Below are positions 38,617 through 48,952 of a DNA stretch of 64,000 bases, piece by piece. How positions within the stretch are numbered: position 1 is the first letter of the stretch; the number at the start of each line of letters is the position of its first letter. The notes beneath the pieces were generated by a model that did not search any database, had not been told where the DNA came from, and saw nothing but the letters and a program-made list of their open reading frames with translations. The translations under genes were made by a program, and so were the position numbers. Source of the stretch: an uncultured bacterium (lineage in GTDB: Bacteria; Patescibacteriota; JACMRA01); the NCBI GenBank assembly GCA_963704645.1, contig OY969926.1:576001-640000 (forward strand), in the 5' to 3' direction.

Positions 38617-40449
38617 ATGGCATGGTATAACCAATATAGACCCACAAATTTCCAGCAGGTAATAGGACAAGAAACTGTAAAAAATGTTTTAATTAATAGT
38701 TTGGCTAATAATAAAATTAAACATGCATATTTATTTAACGGTCCAAAAGGTGTTGGTAAAACAACCCTGGCCAGAATATTTGCAAGTGAATTAAACAGTT
38801 TAGAAAACTATCCAGACGCAACTATTGATATTGTAGAACTTGATGCTGCCAGCAATTCTGGGGTGGATAATATAAGAGAATTGATTGAATCAGCTAAAAA
38901 TCCACCGTTAATTGGAAAGTTTAAAATTTATATTATTGATGAAGTTCATATGCTGTCTAAATCGGCTATGAATGCTTTGCTAAAAATTTTGGAAGAGCCT
39001 CCAACTTATTTAGTATTTCTACTGGCTACAACCAACCCTGAAAAGCTGCTTCCTACAGTTTTATCAAGATTAACCAAATTAAATTTAAGCAATCACACAA
39101 CCTTAGATTTGGTAAAAAACTTAGACTTTATAGCAAGACAAGAAGGAATGAAAGTAGATGATGCGGTTTTAGAAATGCTATCTAAGCGGGCTGATGGAAG
39201 CCAAAGAGATGCAATTAATTTACTAGAAACTTTGTGTAGTTTTAACTTACCAAACTATAATTTGCTTGAGTCTAGTAATTTATTGGGCATGCTTCCAGAT
39301 TCTATATTTGCTGAATTTACTAAGCAATTTACAGAAGATAAGCTTCTCACTAAAAGTCTTTTAATTGAAATTAATAATATTGGTTTAGACGGTGAAAGTT
39401 TCTTAATTCAGCTGTTTTCATTTTTACTAGATCAAGTTTTTGAAGGTGCTAAAATTAGTAAGGAATTTGTGAAAACTGTATCTATTGTTTTAGATTTGCA
39501 ATTACCTTCAACAACAATCTTGCAATCTATTGCCTTGCTACAATCATTTTCTACTGATGAAGTTAAAGTTGAAACTACCCCAAAAAGTGAATCCAATAAT
39601 CCAACAAAAAATGACGTAAAGGTTACTGAAGAGACTTCAAATTTTAATCAAAATTCTTTAGAAAGTAGTAATCTTAAAGTAGTTAATGAGGGCGAGTTTG
39701 GGACTGCTCCTATTAAAACAAATACTTTGCTAGACCAAGAAATTGTAAGTTTAGGCGACGCTTTTTTGGAAGGTTTTTATGACAATTTAAGTCTTGAAAT
39801 ATCCCCACAAATTTCACAGAATATGAATGTGGAAACAGAAGCTAAGCCAGAAGAAAATTACCCAAGGCCAAGCGTTGTAGAAGAATTAGAACAAACTAAA
39901 AATCAAGTTCAAACAGAAAACTCTACTTCAACCGAGAGTGATCCACAAAATGTATCTATTGAATTATTGCAAAAATTGTTGATCTTTTTGTCTGCTAGTA
40001 AAGATATTCCGCCAATGCTTAAAATGGTTATAAATAATGTGAAAGTAGATGAATTTGAAAACGGTGTTCTTAAACTTTCGGCTAGTAGCGGTTTAATATT
40101 GGCTCAGTTAAATAACCCAAATAATTTAAGTTGGTTGCTTCAAAAAGCCAAAGAAAATTACCCACAAATTCAGAAAATTGTTGCAGGCCAGGAAGTTAAA
40201 AGTAATGTTATTCCTACAAAAAATATTACTCCAGAAATCACCCCACAAAATATTAGTAGCAAGCCAAGTCAGCCTACAATTGAAGAAAAGCCTACTGAAA
40301 AAAGTGAGTATTTCTATGAAGTTTATGGTCAATTACCTGAAGAAATGGAGGAAAACAGTTTACCAGTTTTTAAAGGCGAAATTAGTAAGCCGCAAAAAAC
40401 TAAATCTTGGGATGACCATGCCAGTGAATTGTTCGATTTTGAAAGTTAA
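38617..40449 (+). CDS. dnaX: DNA polymerase III subunit gamma/tau
   Basis: YRP..F..VIGQ, HAYLF.GPKGVGKTT, ELDAASNSGVD, IIDEVHMLS. Confidence 0.95.
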   Translation: MAWYNQYRPTNFQQVIGQETVKNVLINSLANNKIKHAYLFNGPKGVGKTTLARIFASELNSLENYPDATIDIVELDAASNSGVDNIRELIESAKNPPLIGKFKIYIIDEVHMLSKSAMNALLKILEEPPTYLVFLLATTNPEKLLPTVLSRLTKLNLSNHTTLDLVKNLDFIARQEGMKVDDAVLEMLSKRADGSQRDAINLLETLCSFNLPNYNLLESSNLLGMLPDSIFAEFTKQFTEDKLLTKSLLIEINNIGLDGESFLIQLFSFLLDQVFEGAKISKEFVKTVSIVLDLQLPSTTILQSIALLQSFSTDEVKVETTPKSESNNPTKNDVKVTEETSNFNQNSLESSNLKVVNEGEFGTAPIKTNTLLDQEIVSLGDAFLEGFYDNLSLEISPQISQNMNVETEAKPEENYPRPSVVEELEQTKNQVQTENSTSTESDPQNVSIELLQKLLIFLSASKDIPPMLKMVINNVKVDEFENGVLKLSASSGLILAQLNNPNNLSWLLQKAKENYPQIQKIVAGQEVKSNVIPTKNITPEITPQNISSKPSQPTIEEKPTEKSEYFYEVYGQLPEEMEENSLPVFKGEISKPQKTKSWDDHASELFDFES

Positions 40450-40472
40450 TTTACTGGGTATTTATTGGAATT

Positions 40473-41348
40473 ATGCATTATAAAATTTTTAGTTTGTATC
40501 CACAAATTTTTGAATCTTTTTGGCAAAATAGCTTAATTGCTAGGGCGGTTTCTAAAAATATAATTAGCTATCAAAATATTAATTGGAAGGATGAATTTGG
40601 AGCTGGAAATTACAAACAAGTAGACGATAGGCTGTTTGGTGGAGGAACAGGAATGGTTTTAAAGCCAGAACCAATTTACAACGCTTTGCAAAAATATGAA
40701 GCCCTAAGCCCGTTGTTCCAAACTCCAAAAACTACTCAAGTTTTTAATAAAGTTCTTCCTCCTAATTCTAATTTCTATAATTATTGGCTGGCTAATAAAC
40801 CTTCTAAAGTTACTGTTTCTTTAACTCCACGTGGTTTTCCTTTAAATCAAAATATTGTTGAATGGCTGCAAAACTTTTCGGAAATTTCAATTTTATGTGG
40901 AAGATTTGAAGGATTTGATGCCAGAGTTTCGCCTATGGTAGATTTGGAAATTTCAATTGGAAACTTTGTTACTAACGGCGGTGAAGTTCCCGCCATGGCT
41001 TTGATTGAGGCAGTATCTAGGTTTGTGCCAGGTTTTATTACTAAATCACCTTCAGTACTACACGATTCTTTTTCTGGGGAGAATAACCAATATTCAGAAT
41101 TTAATTCCGTGTTAAAAAAAGGAGAGGATATGAACTCAGCTGATTTGTTGAAGCAGCATCTCGATAACCGAGTTTCTACAAAAAATTTGTTTGATGATGA
41201 AATGTGGAAAGCTAAAATTTTACCTTTTATTGAACATCCACAATTTACAAGGCCAGAAGAATTTATGAACATGGCAATTCCAGAAGTCTTGAAAAACGGA
41301 GACCATAAACAAATTGCCCGGTGGAGGGAGTTGGGCTGGAAGGGGTAG
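40473..41348 (+). CDS. trmD: tRNA (guanine-N1)-methyltransferase
   Basis: VDDRLFGGGTGMV, LCGRFEGFDAR, SIGNFVTNGGE, EHPQFTRP, GDH. Confidence 0.95.
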   Translation: MHYKIFSLYPQIFESFWQNSLIARAVSKNIISYQNINWKDEFGAGNYKQVDDRLFGGGTGMVLKPEPIYNALQKYEALSPLFQTPKTTQVFNKVLPPNSNFYNYWLANKPSKVTVSLTPRGFPLNQNIVEWLQNFSEISILCGRFEGFDARVSPMVDLEISIGNFVTNGGEVPAMALIEAVSRFVPGFITKSPSVLHDSFSGENNQYSEFNSVLKKGEDMNSADLLKQHLDNRVSTKNLFDDEMWKAKILPFIEHPQFTRPEEFMNMAIPEVLKNGDHKQIARWRELGWKG

Positions 41349-41418
41349 CTGCAATTGCCCAAAAAAATATCACAATCTAAAAAATAAGACTGTGATAAAG
41401 TATTTTATTAAAAATTGA

Positions 41419-41790
41419 CTACATATCCAAACTGTCTGAAGCACAAAGCAAAACTATAAATTTTGCAAATTGACGAGTGGGATAAATCCAACCGTTTTCA
41501 CGCATTTCAATATAATTAAACTCCGCATTAAGTTGCTCAAGTTGTTTTACCAAATTTTCTTGTTTAAGAAAAGGAAGATTGTGATACTCAGCTGGGTAAT
41601 CTTGAATATTAGTGCTGATCCCAAGCCAGGTTTTGTATTCATCTTTAGCAGACCATTCACAGATAAAGCAAATTACGTCGCTAAAAATATTTCTAGACCT
41701 TAAACGTTTTGAAACAGACAATGCATTGGGAATACTTAAATTTTCTAGCTCGATAGATTTCCTTAAAAAAGGTTCCATTTTAGTCGGCAT
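41419..41790 (-). CDS. Hypothetical protein
   Basis: 123-aa ORF between trmD and prfA. Confidence 0.5.
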   Translation of the reverse strand: MPTKMEPFLRKSIELENLSIPNALSVSKRLRSRNIFSDVICFICEWSAKDEYKTWLGISTNIQDYPAEYHNLPFLKQENLVKQLEQLNAEFNYIEMRENGWIYPTRQFAKFIVLLCASDSLDM

Positions 41791-41864
41791 GATTTTCCAT
41801 CCAATAAATTTTTAACAAGCAGTACCTAACTTATATTAATCATAATCCTAATGAAAAGGCAAGA

Positions 41865-42938
41865 TTAAATCTGTTCGGCTAAATTACTTAGGTTGTTTTC
41901 AGCTTCAATACGGCGAATGTCTTCTACAATTGGTAAAAGTTTGCCGGCCATAATTGTGTCTAGTTGGGTGTAGTTTAAGTTATAGCGGTGGTCTGTTAAC
42001 CTGTCTTGTGGGAAGTTATAAGTTCGAATTTTTTCGCTTCTGTCTGCAGTTCCAACTTGTTCCTTACGTTCAGCTGATTCTTTTTCACGTCTTTTATTCT
42101 CTAGAAAATCGTATACACGACTGGTTAAAACTTGCAGGGCTTTTTCACGGTTTTGTAGCTGGTTACGTTCATCTTGGCTTTGGGCTTCCATACCTGTTGG
42201 AACGTGCTTCATGCGCACAGCAGAGTAGGTTGTGTTAACGCTTTGCCCACCGTTACCTGAACTGGTAGATAAAATAATTTCAATGTCTTTCATGTCTAGC
42301 TTAAAGCTGCTATCTTTTTCTATTAAAGGCATAATTGCCACAGAAACAGTGGAGGTGTGAATTCTACCCTGTTTTTCTGTAGCTGGAACACGTTGTACAC
42401 GGTGAACTCCACCTTCGTATTTAAACCAAGCAAAAGCCATGTCTCCTTTTACCTCGGCTATTGCTTCTTTATAGCCACCTAGTGGGTTCATACTGGTTGT
42501 AACTAACTTAAAGTTTAAACCTAAGTTAGCACTAAAAATTGAATACATTTTAATCATTTCGGCTGCGAATAAAGCACTTTCATCTCCACCAGCACCAGCT
42601 CTAATTTCTAGTAAAATATTGTTATCATCCCTTGCATCTGCCGGGCTTAGTAAAATTAAAAGCTTTTTCTCTTCTTCTAAAATTTGTTCTTCTTGTTCTG
42701 CAATTTCCATTCTAATCATTTCAGAAAGTTCGTCACCAGAATTTAATTCAGACATACTTTGCCTGTTTTGTTCTAAACTTTTTTCTAATTTATCTATTTT
42801 TTCAGCAATTTCAGCCTGATTTCCAACCCGTTTGTGCTTTTTACCAAGCTCCATCATTTGATCTGGAGTTGAAGTGGATATTTGCTGGCTAAGCTCCTGA
42901 TATCTATTTAAAATTTGCTGTATAGGCAATTTGGACAT
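41865..42938 (-). CDS. prfA: Peptide chain release factor 1
   Basis: EIRAGAGGDE, EGGVHRVQRVPATE (PxT), GGQ, RSEKIRTYNFPQDR. Confidence 0.96.
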   Translation of the reverse strand: MSKLPIQQILNRYQELSQQISTSTPDQMMELGKKHKRVGNQAEIAEKIDKLEKSLEQNRQSMSELNSGDELSEMIRMEIAEQEEQILEEEKKLLILLSPADARDDNNILLEIRAGAGGDESALFAAEMIKMYSIFSANLGLNFKLVTTSMNPLGGYKEAIAEVKGDMAFAWFKYEGGVHRVQRVPATEKQGRIHTSTVSVAIMPLIEKDSSFKLDMKDIEIILSTSSGNGGQSVNTTYSAVRMKHVPTGMEAQSQDERNQLQNREKALQVLTSRVYDFLENKRREKESAERKEQVGTADRSEKIRTYNFPQDRLTDHRYNLNYTQLDTIMAGKLLPIVEDIRRIEAENNLSNLAEQI

Positions 42939-43178
42939 ATGTTTATTAATTTAGCCTGAAGTGGTGTAGAAAGTCAAACGTGGGTGAAAGGGTGGTGTTA
43001 AAAATAAAAAATAGACCCTGCTTTAAGGGGTGTTACGTATTTGCTAATTGCTTAAGAGTTGGAGATCTGTAATTTATTTTCATAGAAGTATCATTGTTTT
43101 TGTGTTTGAGAATACCTGCAGGTAATGTGAGGGTGCGTGAGATCGAAATTGTATCTATTGTTTAGTGGTAGAGTATTT

Positions 43179-43220
43179 TTGACATAACTTTTAAAATTAG
43201 TTAGATTAATTTTTAAAGTT
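43179..43220 (+). promoter_or_regulatory. TA operon promoter with overlapping inverted-repeat operator
   Basis: TTGACA-17-TAGATT; near-inverted repeat AACTTTTAAAATTA / TAATTTTTAAAGTT. Confidence 0.55.
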
Positions 43221-43233
43221 TAACTTTTTTCAT

Positions 43234-43512
43234 ATGTCTACTTTTGTTCTTCCTGTTACAAAAAAAGGAACAGTTACTATTCCAAAGAAAATTAGAGAGT
43301 TTTTGGGTGTTTTTGCTAATGATTCTAATTCTAAAGTGATTATTGTTCTAGATGAAGATGAAAAAACTGTAAGTATAACAAAGCCAGTCATGTCTATTCA
43401 AGAGCTTACTAAATCAATAAAACCTCGCAAACCAGCCGTTCCAGAACATCTTCAGAAAATTGCTTTAGATGAAGAAAGGGCAGAGAAATATTTTAAATTT
43501 AAAGATGTATGA
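43234..43512 (+). CDS. AbrB/MazE-type antitoxin
   Basis: VTKKGTVTIPKKIREFLG. Confidence 0.88.
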   Translation: MSTFVLPVTKKGTVTIPKKIREFLGVFANDSNSKVIIVLDEDEKTVSITKPVMSIQELTKSIKPRKPAVPEHLQKIALDEERAEKYFKFKDV

Positions 43513-43922
43513 ACTTATTAGATGCTAACGTCTGCATTCGCTATCTTACTAGGGATGATGAAAGAAAGTTTCAAGATTGTGCCAAATTTTTTGAGCTAGT
43601 TCAATCTAAACAAATCTCCGTAATTTTATTGGAATCTATTTTGGCGGAAGTGGTATATGTTTTATCTTCAACAAAAATTCAATACAATTTTACTAGGTCA
43701 GAAATTAAAAGTTGCTTAAGTAGTATAATTTTACTTGATGGGTTGGAAACTTTGAACACGCCTAAAAAAGTTTATTTGGAAGCTTTAGATTTATTTGAGA
43801 AAAGTAATTTAGATTTTGAGGATTGTCTTTTAATAGCTAACTTAAATACTGTTGATGATAAAATATATAGTTACGACAGAGGAATGGACAAATTTTTGAC
43901 CAAGAGAAGGATTGAGCCTTAG
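43509..43922 (+). CDS. PIN-domain (VapC-like) toxin
   Basis: LLDANV, LAEVVYVL, LDFEDC, YSYD; ATGA overlap with the antitoxin. Confidence 0.9.
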   Translation: MNLLDANVCIRYLTRDDERKFQDCAKFFELVQSKQISVILLESILAEVVYVLSSTKIQYNFTRSEIKSCLSSIILLDGLETLNTPKKVYLEALDLFEKSNLDFEDCLLIANLNTVDDKIYSYDRGMDKFLTKRRIEP

Positions 43923-43924
43923 CC

Positions 43925-44767
43925 TTAGGCTCCTAAAATATAAAACAAATACCCTGCAAAACTTGTAATAGTAATTATGGTAATTATACTGTAAACTGCA
44001 ATCACTGCTTTATTGTTTTTATATAACCAGAGTAGGGGAAGATACACTAAAATTATTGTAAAAATACTGAATTTCAAAAATTCTACTTCCTGAAAGTTTA
44101 TAAAACCAAGCGGTAAAATAGCCAGTAAACCTAGAATGGCAGTCATTTGTTTTCCTAGAAAAACTGAAGTGGTAGTTTGTCCAATTTGTTCGTCAAAATC
44201 AAAATCGGCCAGTCCTGCTAGCAAGCTTGCCATAACTAAAGCCAAAATAATTCCAATTATTCTTTCTAGTGGAATGTTTTGAAGGAAAATATCTAAACTT
44301 CCAAAGCTTAGACCTAAGCCAGCAATACTTCCTAGTCCAAAAATATTACTAAAAATATCTCCAAGTGGTAATTTTTTAAGTTGTATTGGTGGGGTGGAAT
44401 AAGTCCAAGCAACAGCTATAGCAACACTCATGAAAACTAAATTGTATAAATTAAAAGTAAAAATACTTGATAATATTAATAAAATTGAGACTATTACAGA
44501 TGCAAAAATTACTGTTTTATGATTTCTTTTTGAATCCAGCTCGTCCACAAACTTATTTGCCTTTCTTGGGTTAAGTTTATCAGTTTCATAATCAAATACA
44601 TCGTTAACACCAAACACTAAAATTGGTGCCAAAAAGGTTAAAAACAAAATTTGAATCACAGCTGGTGCAGACAATATTCCATTAGATAAAATAAAACCAA
44701 GAGAAAAAATTATTGGTGGAACAACTAATAAAATTGGGCGGTAGATGTTTAGAAAAGCAGAGAACAT
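43925..44767 (-). CDS. UbiA-family prenyltransferase (CrtEb/lycopene elongase-like)
   Basis: GVNDVFDYETDKLNPRK; YSTPPIQLK; D...D...G..T. Confidence 0.85.
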   Translation of the reverse strand: MFSAFLNIYRPILLVVPPIIFSLGFILSNGILSAPAVIQILFLTFLAPILVFGVNDVFDYETDKLNPRKANKFVDELDSKRNHKTVIFASVIVSILLILSSIFTFNLYNLVFMSVAIAVAWTYSTPPIQLKKLPLGDIFSNIFGLGSIAGLGLSFGSLDIFLQNIPLERIIGIILALVMASLLAGLADFDFDEQIGQTTTSVFLGKQMTAILGLLAILPLGFINFQEVEFLKFSIFTIILVYLPLLWLYKNNKAVIAVYSIITIITITSFAGYLFYILGA

Positions 44768-45649
44768 TTAGAACTTAAATACTGTGGCTAAAAATATGGC
44801 TATACCTCCAAAAGAAGCTAAGCTGTACAGTGTAATTTTAATCATATTCTGGGTAGGCTTCCACTTTAAATAAATAATTAAAACCACCGAAAAAATTAAA
44901 TATAATAAGCTGACTAAACTAACAAAAGGCCTTAAAATTAAAACTATTAAATAACAAATTAATACTAAATTCAAAGTAAACTTTTCTCCATACTTAGTTG
45001 CAATAGTTTTTTGTTTAGCCTTTAAATCTGAGGCGTAATCTGCTAAAAAGGCTAGGCTACCAAGGGCAATAATTAATAAACTTAAAACCCATGGTTTAAT
45101 TCCTGCCTGTAATGTAGAATAAAACATTGTAAATCCCATAAAGTAGGCACCTAGAAACCCAAAACCATAAGCTGACAAACTTAAAAGTGGTCTTTCTTTC
45201 AATCTTACTGGTGGTAGCGAATAAATTAATCCAAATAATAAACCAATACTAGCCCAAATAATATTTTCTAATTTCAAAGTGCTTATAGCAATAGCTAAAA
45301 CAATAACAAAACCTAATACAGCCCCAATTATTGCCTTTTTAATGTCTTTATTTTGAAGTGGTTTGCCAAGCCAAAAACTATTTTTTCTGGGGTTGTTTAA
45401 ATCTGTTTCCTGGTCAAATATATCGTTTAAACTGTTCAAATAAAGTTCCAAAGGAAAACTTAAAGCAAAAACTTGTAACCAAATTTGTAAATTGTAATAA
45501 CCTCTGGCGTCAGATAAGCCAAGTAAAAAAATTAAAGGCAAAATTGGCCAGTGTGCAGGCCTGCTAATTTGAATGTAAAACCAAATTAAATTTACTGTAT
45601 TTTTAAATAGTGTTAAAATGGCTTTCATAGTATTGGTTTTACTTACCAA
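44768..45649 (-). CDS. UbiA-family prenyltransferase (CrtEb/lycopene elongase-like)
   Basis: SRP..W; LNDIFDQETDLNNPRK; YSLPPVRLKERP; DYASD....KTIAT. Confidence 0.85.
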   Translation of the reverse strand: MVSKTNTMKAILTLFKNTVNLIWFYIQISRPAHWPILPLIFLLGLSDARGYYNLQIWLQVFALSFPLELYLNSLNDIFDQETDLNNPRKNSFWLGKPLQNKDIKKAIIGAVLGFVIVLAIAISTLKLENIIWASIGLLFGLIYSLPPVRLKERPLLSLSAYGFGFLGAYFMGFTMFYSTLQAGIKPWVLSLLIIALGSLAFLADYASDLKAKQKTIATKYGEKFTLNLVLICYLIVLILRPFVSLVSLLYLIFSVVLIIYLKWKPTQNMIKITLYSLASFGGIAIFLATVFKF

Positions 45650-46298
45650 ACTTACGCTCTTGATTTTTGTAAAACTCTAGGGCTTTTTGTAATTCTGTTT
45701 CATTGAAGTCGGGCCACAAGGTGTCTGTAAAATAAAGCTCAGTGTATGCCGATTGCCACAATAAAAAGTTAGAAAGTCTTTTGTGCCCACCAGGTCTAAT
45801 TATTAAATCTGGTTCCAAATTAGAATCTAAATTTTTGGCAATATTTTCCTCAGTTATGCTTTCGCCATTGTCTAAGGTTTTTTGAACAGATCTAATAATT
45901 TCGCTTCTACTTCCATAATTTATACAAAGTTGTAGCAAGCTTTGGGAACAGTTATTAGTTGCGTCAACCAAGGAAGATAGCGAACTTTTTAATTTATCTG
46001 GAATCTTATTCAACTCACCTAAAACTTTAACTTTAACGTTTTTTCCAACAAGCTTCTCTTTGTAATCTATCGCTGCAGAGCTAATTATATTAACTAAATT
46101 ATCTATTTCTAAACCAGTTCTTTTGGCAAAGTTTTCTGTAGATAAGGCGTAAACAGTAATTGTATCAATATTGTATTTGGGGCAAATTTCTAATAAATTA
46201 TCTAGTGTGTTTACGCCATTTTTATGGCCAAACAAAGTTTCTAAAGCATGAGCCTTAGCCCATCTTCTGTTGCCATCCATAATTATTCCAAGGTGCAT
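45639..46298 (-). CDS. uppS: Undecaprenyl diphosphate synthase
   Basis: HLGIIMDGNRRWA, YALSTEN, NYGSR.EI, PDLIIRPGG.KRLSNFLLWQ. Confidence 0.96.
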   Translation of the reverse strand: MHLGIIMDGNRRWAKAHALETLFGHKNGVNTLDNLLEICPKYNIDTITVYALSTENFAKRTGLEIDNLVNIISSAAIDYKEKLVGKNVKVKVLGELNKIPDKLKSSLSSLVDATNNCSQSLLQLCINYGSRSEIIRSVQKTLDNGESITEENIAKNLDSNLEPDLIIRPGGHKRLSNFLLWQSAYTELYFTDTLWPDFNETELQKALEFYKNQERKFGK

Positions 46299-46327
46299 GT
46301 TAATTATTTTTTATTATCATTGTGGAA

Positions 46328-46888
46328 CTATTTTTCGCGCTCTACGTATTCATCTTCTACAGTGTTAATTATTACTTTTTCACCTGCTTCAATAAAAGCT
46401 GGAACGCGCACAACTTTTCCTGTTTCAATTGTGGCTTCTTTCATAATGCTTGAAACTGTATTACCTTTTACGGCTGGAGCAGTTGAAGTGACTAAATAAG
46501 AAATTTTAACTGGTAAATCTATACTTATAGGGTTTTCATTGAAATATAAAATAATAACTTCTAAACCTTCTTTTAAATATTCAGCTTTTTCATCTAATAA
46601 ACTTTTTGGAAGATCAATAGTTTCATAACTGGCAGACAGCATAAAAGTCATATTTTCACCTGTAATGTACATGAAACTTGCTGGCTCTCTTTTTAGTTCG
46701 GCTTCTTCTATAGATTCGCCGCTTTTAAAGGAATACTCCTGATTTGCTCCGGTAATAATGTTTTTCATGTTACACTTTTTTACTGGTTTTCTTTGCTGCA
46801 TTCTAAGAAAGTCGCACTTAGTAATTATTGAAGGGGCATTGTTGAATACAACCACGCTACCAAGTTTAATCTGAGAAAAGTCTAACAT
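46328..46888 (-). CDS. efp: Elongation factor P
   Basis: PAVKGNT, K.ATIETG..V.VP.FI..GE...INT....Y..R; start at 46888 (MLDFSQIK). Confidence 0.92.
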   Translation of the reverse strand: MLDFSQIKLGSVVVFNNAPSIITKCDFLRMQQRKPVKKCNMKNIITGANQEYSFKSGESIEEAELKREPASFMYITGENMTFMLSASYETIDLPKSLLDEKAEYLKEGLEVIILYFNENPISIDLPVKISYLVTSTAPAVKGNTVSSIMKEATIETGKVVRVPAFIEAGEKVIINTVEDEYVEREK

Positions 46889-46961
46889 AAAATATATTTT
46901 AAACCAATTGTTGCTGGTTTGACAAGCCAAAAATAGGTGGGTATTCCGATTTAGTCAAGCT

Positions 46962-47345
46962 ATGAACACAGTGGAATATACTTTAGCTATTCAAAAACTT
47001 TTTGCGGTTTTAGCTGGTTTAAGTTTTGTGGCTATTTCAGCAATTTTAGTTTTCTTAGATCCTACAATAAATAATTTGTATGTTTGGGGTTTGTTGTTAT
47101 CGGCGCTAATTTTTCTAACAAGCTTTTTATCATTGTTTGCTTTTTGGTGGTTTTTTTCAGTGAAGAAAGAGATTTTAAGTATCGTTCAAGTTAACCATTT
47201 AATTTACCAAAGTTTAGTTTCAAGCTGCATACCAATACTTTTGATAGTGATGAATCAAACTGGCCAGCTAAATTTTTGGAGTGTAGTGTTGGTTTTCGTG
47301 GCTTACATTATATATTTTTTGTGGGCTAACTCAGAGCTTTCCTAA
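46962..47345 (+). CDS. Four-TM hypothetical membrane protein
   Basis: Four hydrophobic segments. Confidence 0.7.
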   Translation: MNTVEYTLAIQKLFAVLAGLSFVAISAILVFLDPTINNLYVWGLLLSALIFLTSFLSLFAFWWFFSVKKEILSIVQVNHLIYQSLVSSCIPILLIVMNQTGQLNFWSVVLVFVAYIIYFLWANSELS

Positions 47346-47378
47346 AACTTAATCTTCTACTATAATTTAATGTAATAT

Positions 47379-48077
47379 ATGGATCCAAACGCCAACTTGT
47401 ACCAAAGCCAGTATAGTAACTATCAAAGTGCCAACCAAAGCAGTGGTAATTTACTAGATCAAATTAGATATTCTAAAAGGTTGAATGGCCTAGAAATAAT
47501 TACAATTTTAACATCGGTTATTTTGTTAATAATAGTTTTCGTTTTTGGTTTTGTTAACGGTCAACAAAGCAATGAAGATGCTCAGCGACTGGCCCATATC
47601 AGGCAAGTAACCTCAGCACTAACAGAGTTTTATAACAATAGTAGTGCAGTGCCAAGCCAAAGAAGCTACCCAATTGCTTTATGTTCAGCAGACGCAAATG
47701 AAGTAGATTTTGAGCTTACTTTAAGGTTGTCTTTAACAGGTCAAATTAAAGAAAAAGATATTCATGCTTATATTCAACCTGATAATTTTCCTACAGATCC
47801 AAGCGGAGTTTACAGTAAATCTTTAGGCAAAAGAACTGTACCATACAGATGTCCTTCAATTCTGCCTGCAAGTGCAACTTCAAACCAAAGTAGTAATATA
47901 TATTCAGACGGATGGGATAGCTGTAATTTTAATAAAACAAGAAATCCAAAGTGCTATTTATATGCTAGCAGCAATAATGGTGACACTTTTACTGTTGGTT
48001 ATTACAGCCAACTTAATAACAAATTTGTTTTATTTACAAAGTTTAGAGATCAGGAACCTGTAAGAAGTTTGTCTTAA
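47379..48077 (+). CDS. Type IV pilin/pseudopilin-like protein
   Basis: RLNG-LEIITIL hydrophobic helix, DAQRLAHIRQV..AL.EFY...YP, PTDP. Confidence 0.6.
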   Translation: MDPNANLYQSQYSNYQSANQSSGNLLDQIRYSKRLNGLEIITILTSVILLIIVFVFGFVNGQQSNEDAQRLAHIRQVTSALTEFYNNSSAVPSQRSYPIALCSADANEVDFELTLRLSLTGQIKEKDIHAYIQPDNFPTDPSGVYSKSLGKRTVPYRCPSILPASATSNQSSNIYSDGWDSCNFNKTRNPKCYLYASSNNGDTFTVGYYSQLNNKFVLFTKFRDQEPVRSLS

Positions 48078-48289
48078 GTTTTGAATTTTTTTTGTTGATT
48101 AAGCTTTAGAATAGGCTGTTTGTTTTCTCAATAAATATTTATGATTTAATAATTAAATCGGGGATACTAACTTTTACGAAAAAATTTTTGGATTGTGTCG
48201 CAACATTAAAAACCTATAATTACTGTTGTTTTGACGAATATAGAATACTAGCTCATAATTAAAAAGGTTTTCTAATTTAGAACAAATTT

Positions 48290-48952
48290 ATGCAGGTACA
48301 GTTACAAAAAATATTTTCTAAAGATCATATAATTAAAAAATGTGTAGGTTTAGTCATGGTGATCTTAACAATTTTTATTGGATATAATTATGTTGTACAT
48401 TTGTCCTTGCAAAATTCTCTAAAAGTTCAATTAATTTCAGGCGCCGGGTCAATTATTACACCAACTGGAGGTCAAACAATTCTCAGTCAGGATGAAAGTC
48501 ATTTGTTTAAAAAGAATGATACTCTTTCCACCGAAGATAACTCTATAGCTTTAGTTATATTTAATAATGGCAAAATTCAAACCTTTTCTGGTTCGATAAA
48601 TTTAGTTTTTGAAGATGCAGTGAAAGAAGATAATGCAATTAAATATTCATTTCAGAATAAAGCTAGCGGGGAAAAATTATTCTACACTCAAAACTACGGA
48701 TTAACAGAATCTACAGCTACAGTGTTAGGATTTTTAAGTAATTCAAACAATAATAATTCAAAAAATAAAATTGGTAATGTTTTAGGTGCTTCTGAAACTT
48801 CAGCTCTTTCAGACAGTGAAAAGCAAGAAAAATTTAATAAATTACATCAATGTTTAGATTTAAGTAAAGATAAACAAGACTTTAATTACTCAAAGCAATT
48901 AAGCACTTGCTTAACAGAATTAGGGCTTAAAAATTTAAATCAACTAAAATAG
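48290..48952 (+). CDS. Membrane-anchored FecR-like protein
   Basis: TM, then ISG......L...DTLST..NS.A...F.NG. Confidence 0.45.
   Translation: MQVQLQKIFSKDHIIKKCVGLVMVILTIFIGYNYVVHLSLQNSLKVQLISGAGSIITPTGGQTILSQDESHLFKKNDTLSTEDNSIALVIFNNGKIQTFSGSINLVFEDAVKEDNAIKYSFQNKASGEKLFYTQNYGLTESTATVLGFLSNSNNNNSKNKIGNVLGASETSALSDSEKQEKFNKLHQCLDLSKDKQDFNYSKQLSTCLTELGLKNLNQLK

Noticed and set aside
38617-40449. Programmed frameshift in dnaX; ORF 40178-40483 as an alternative C-terminus
   Set aside because: No convincing slippery site with a downstream stimulator; the main frame is intact
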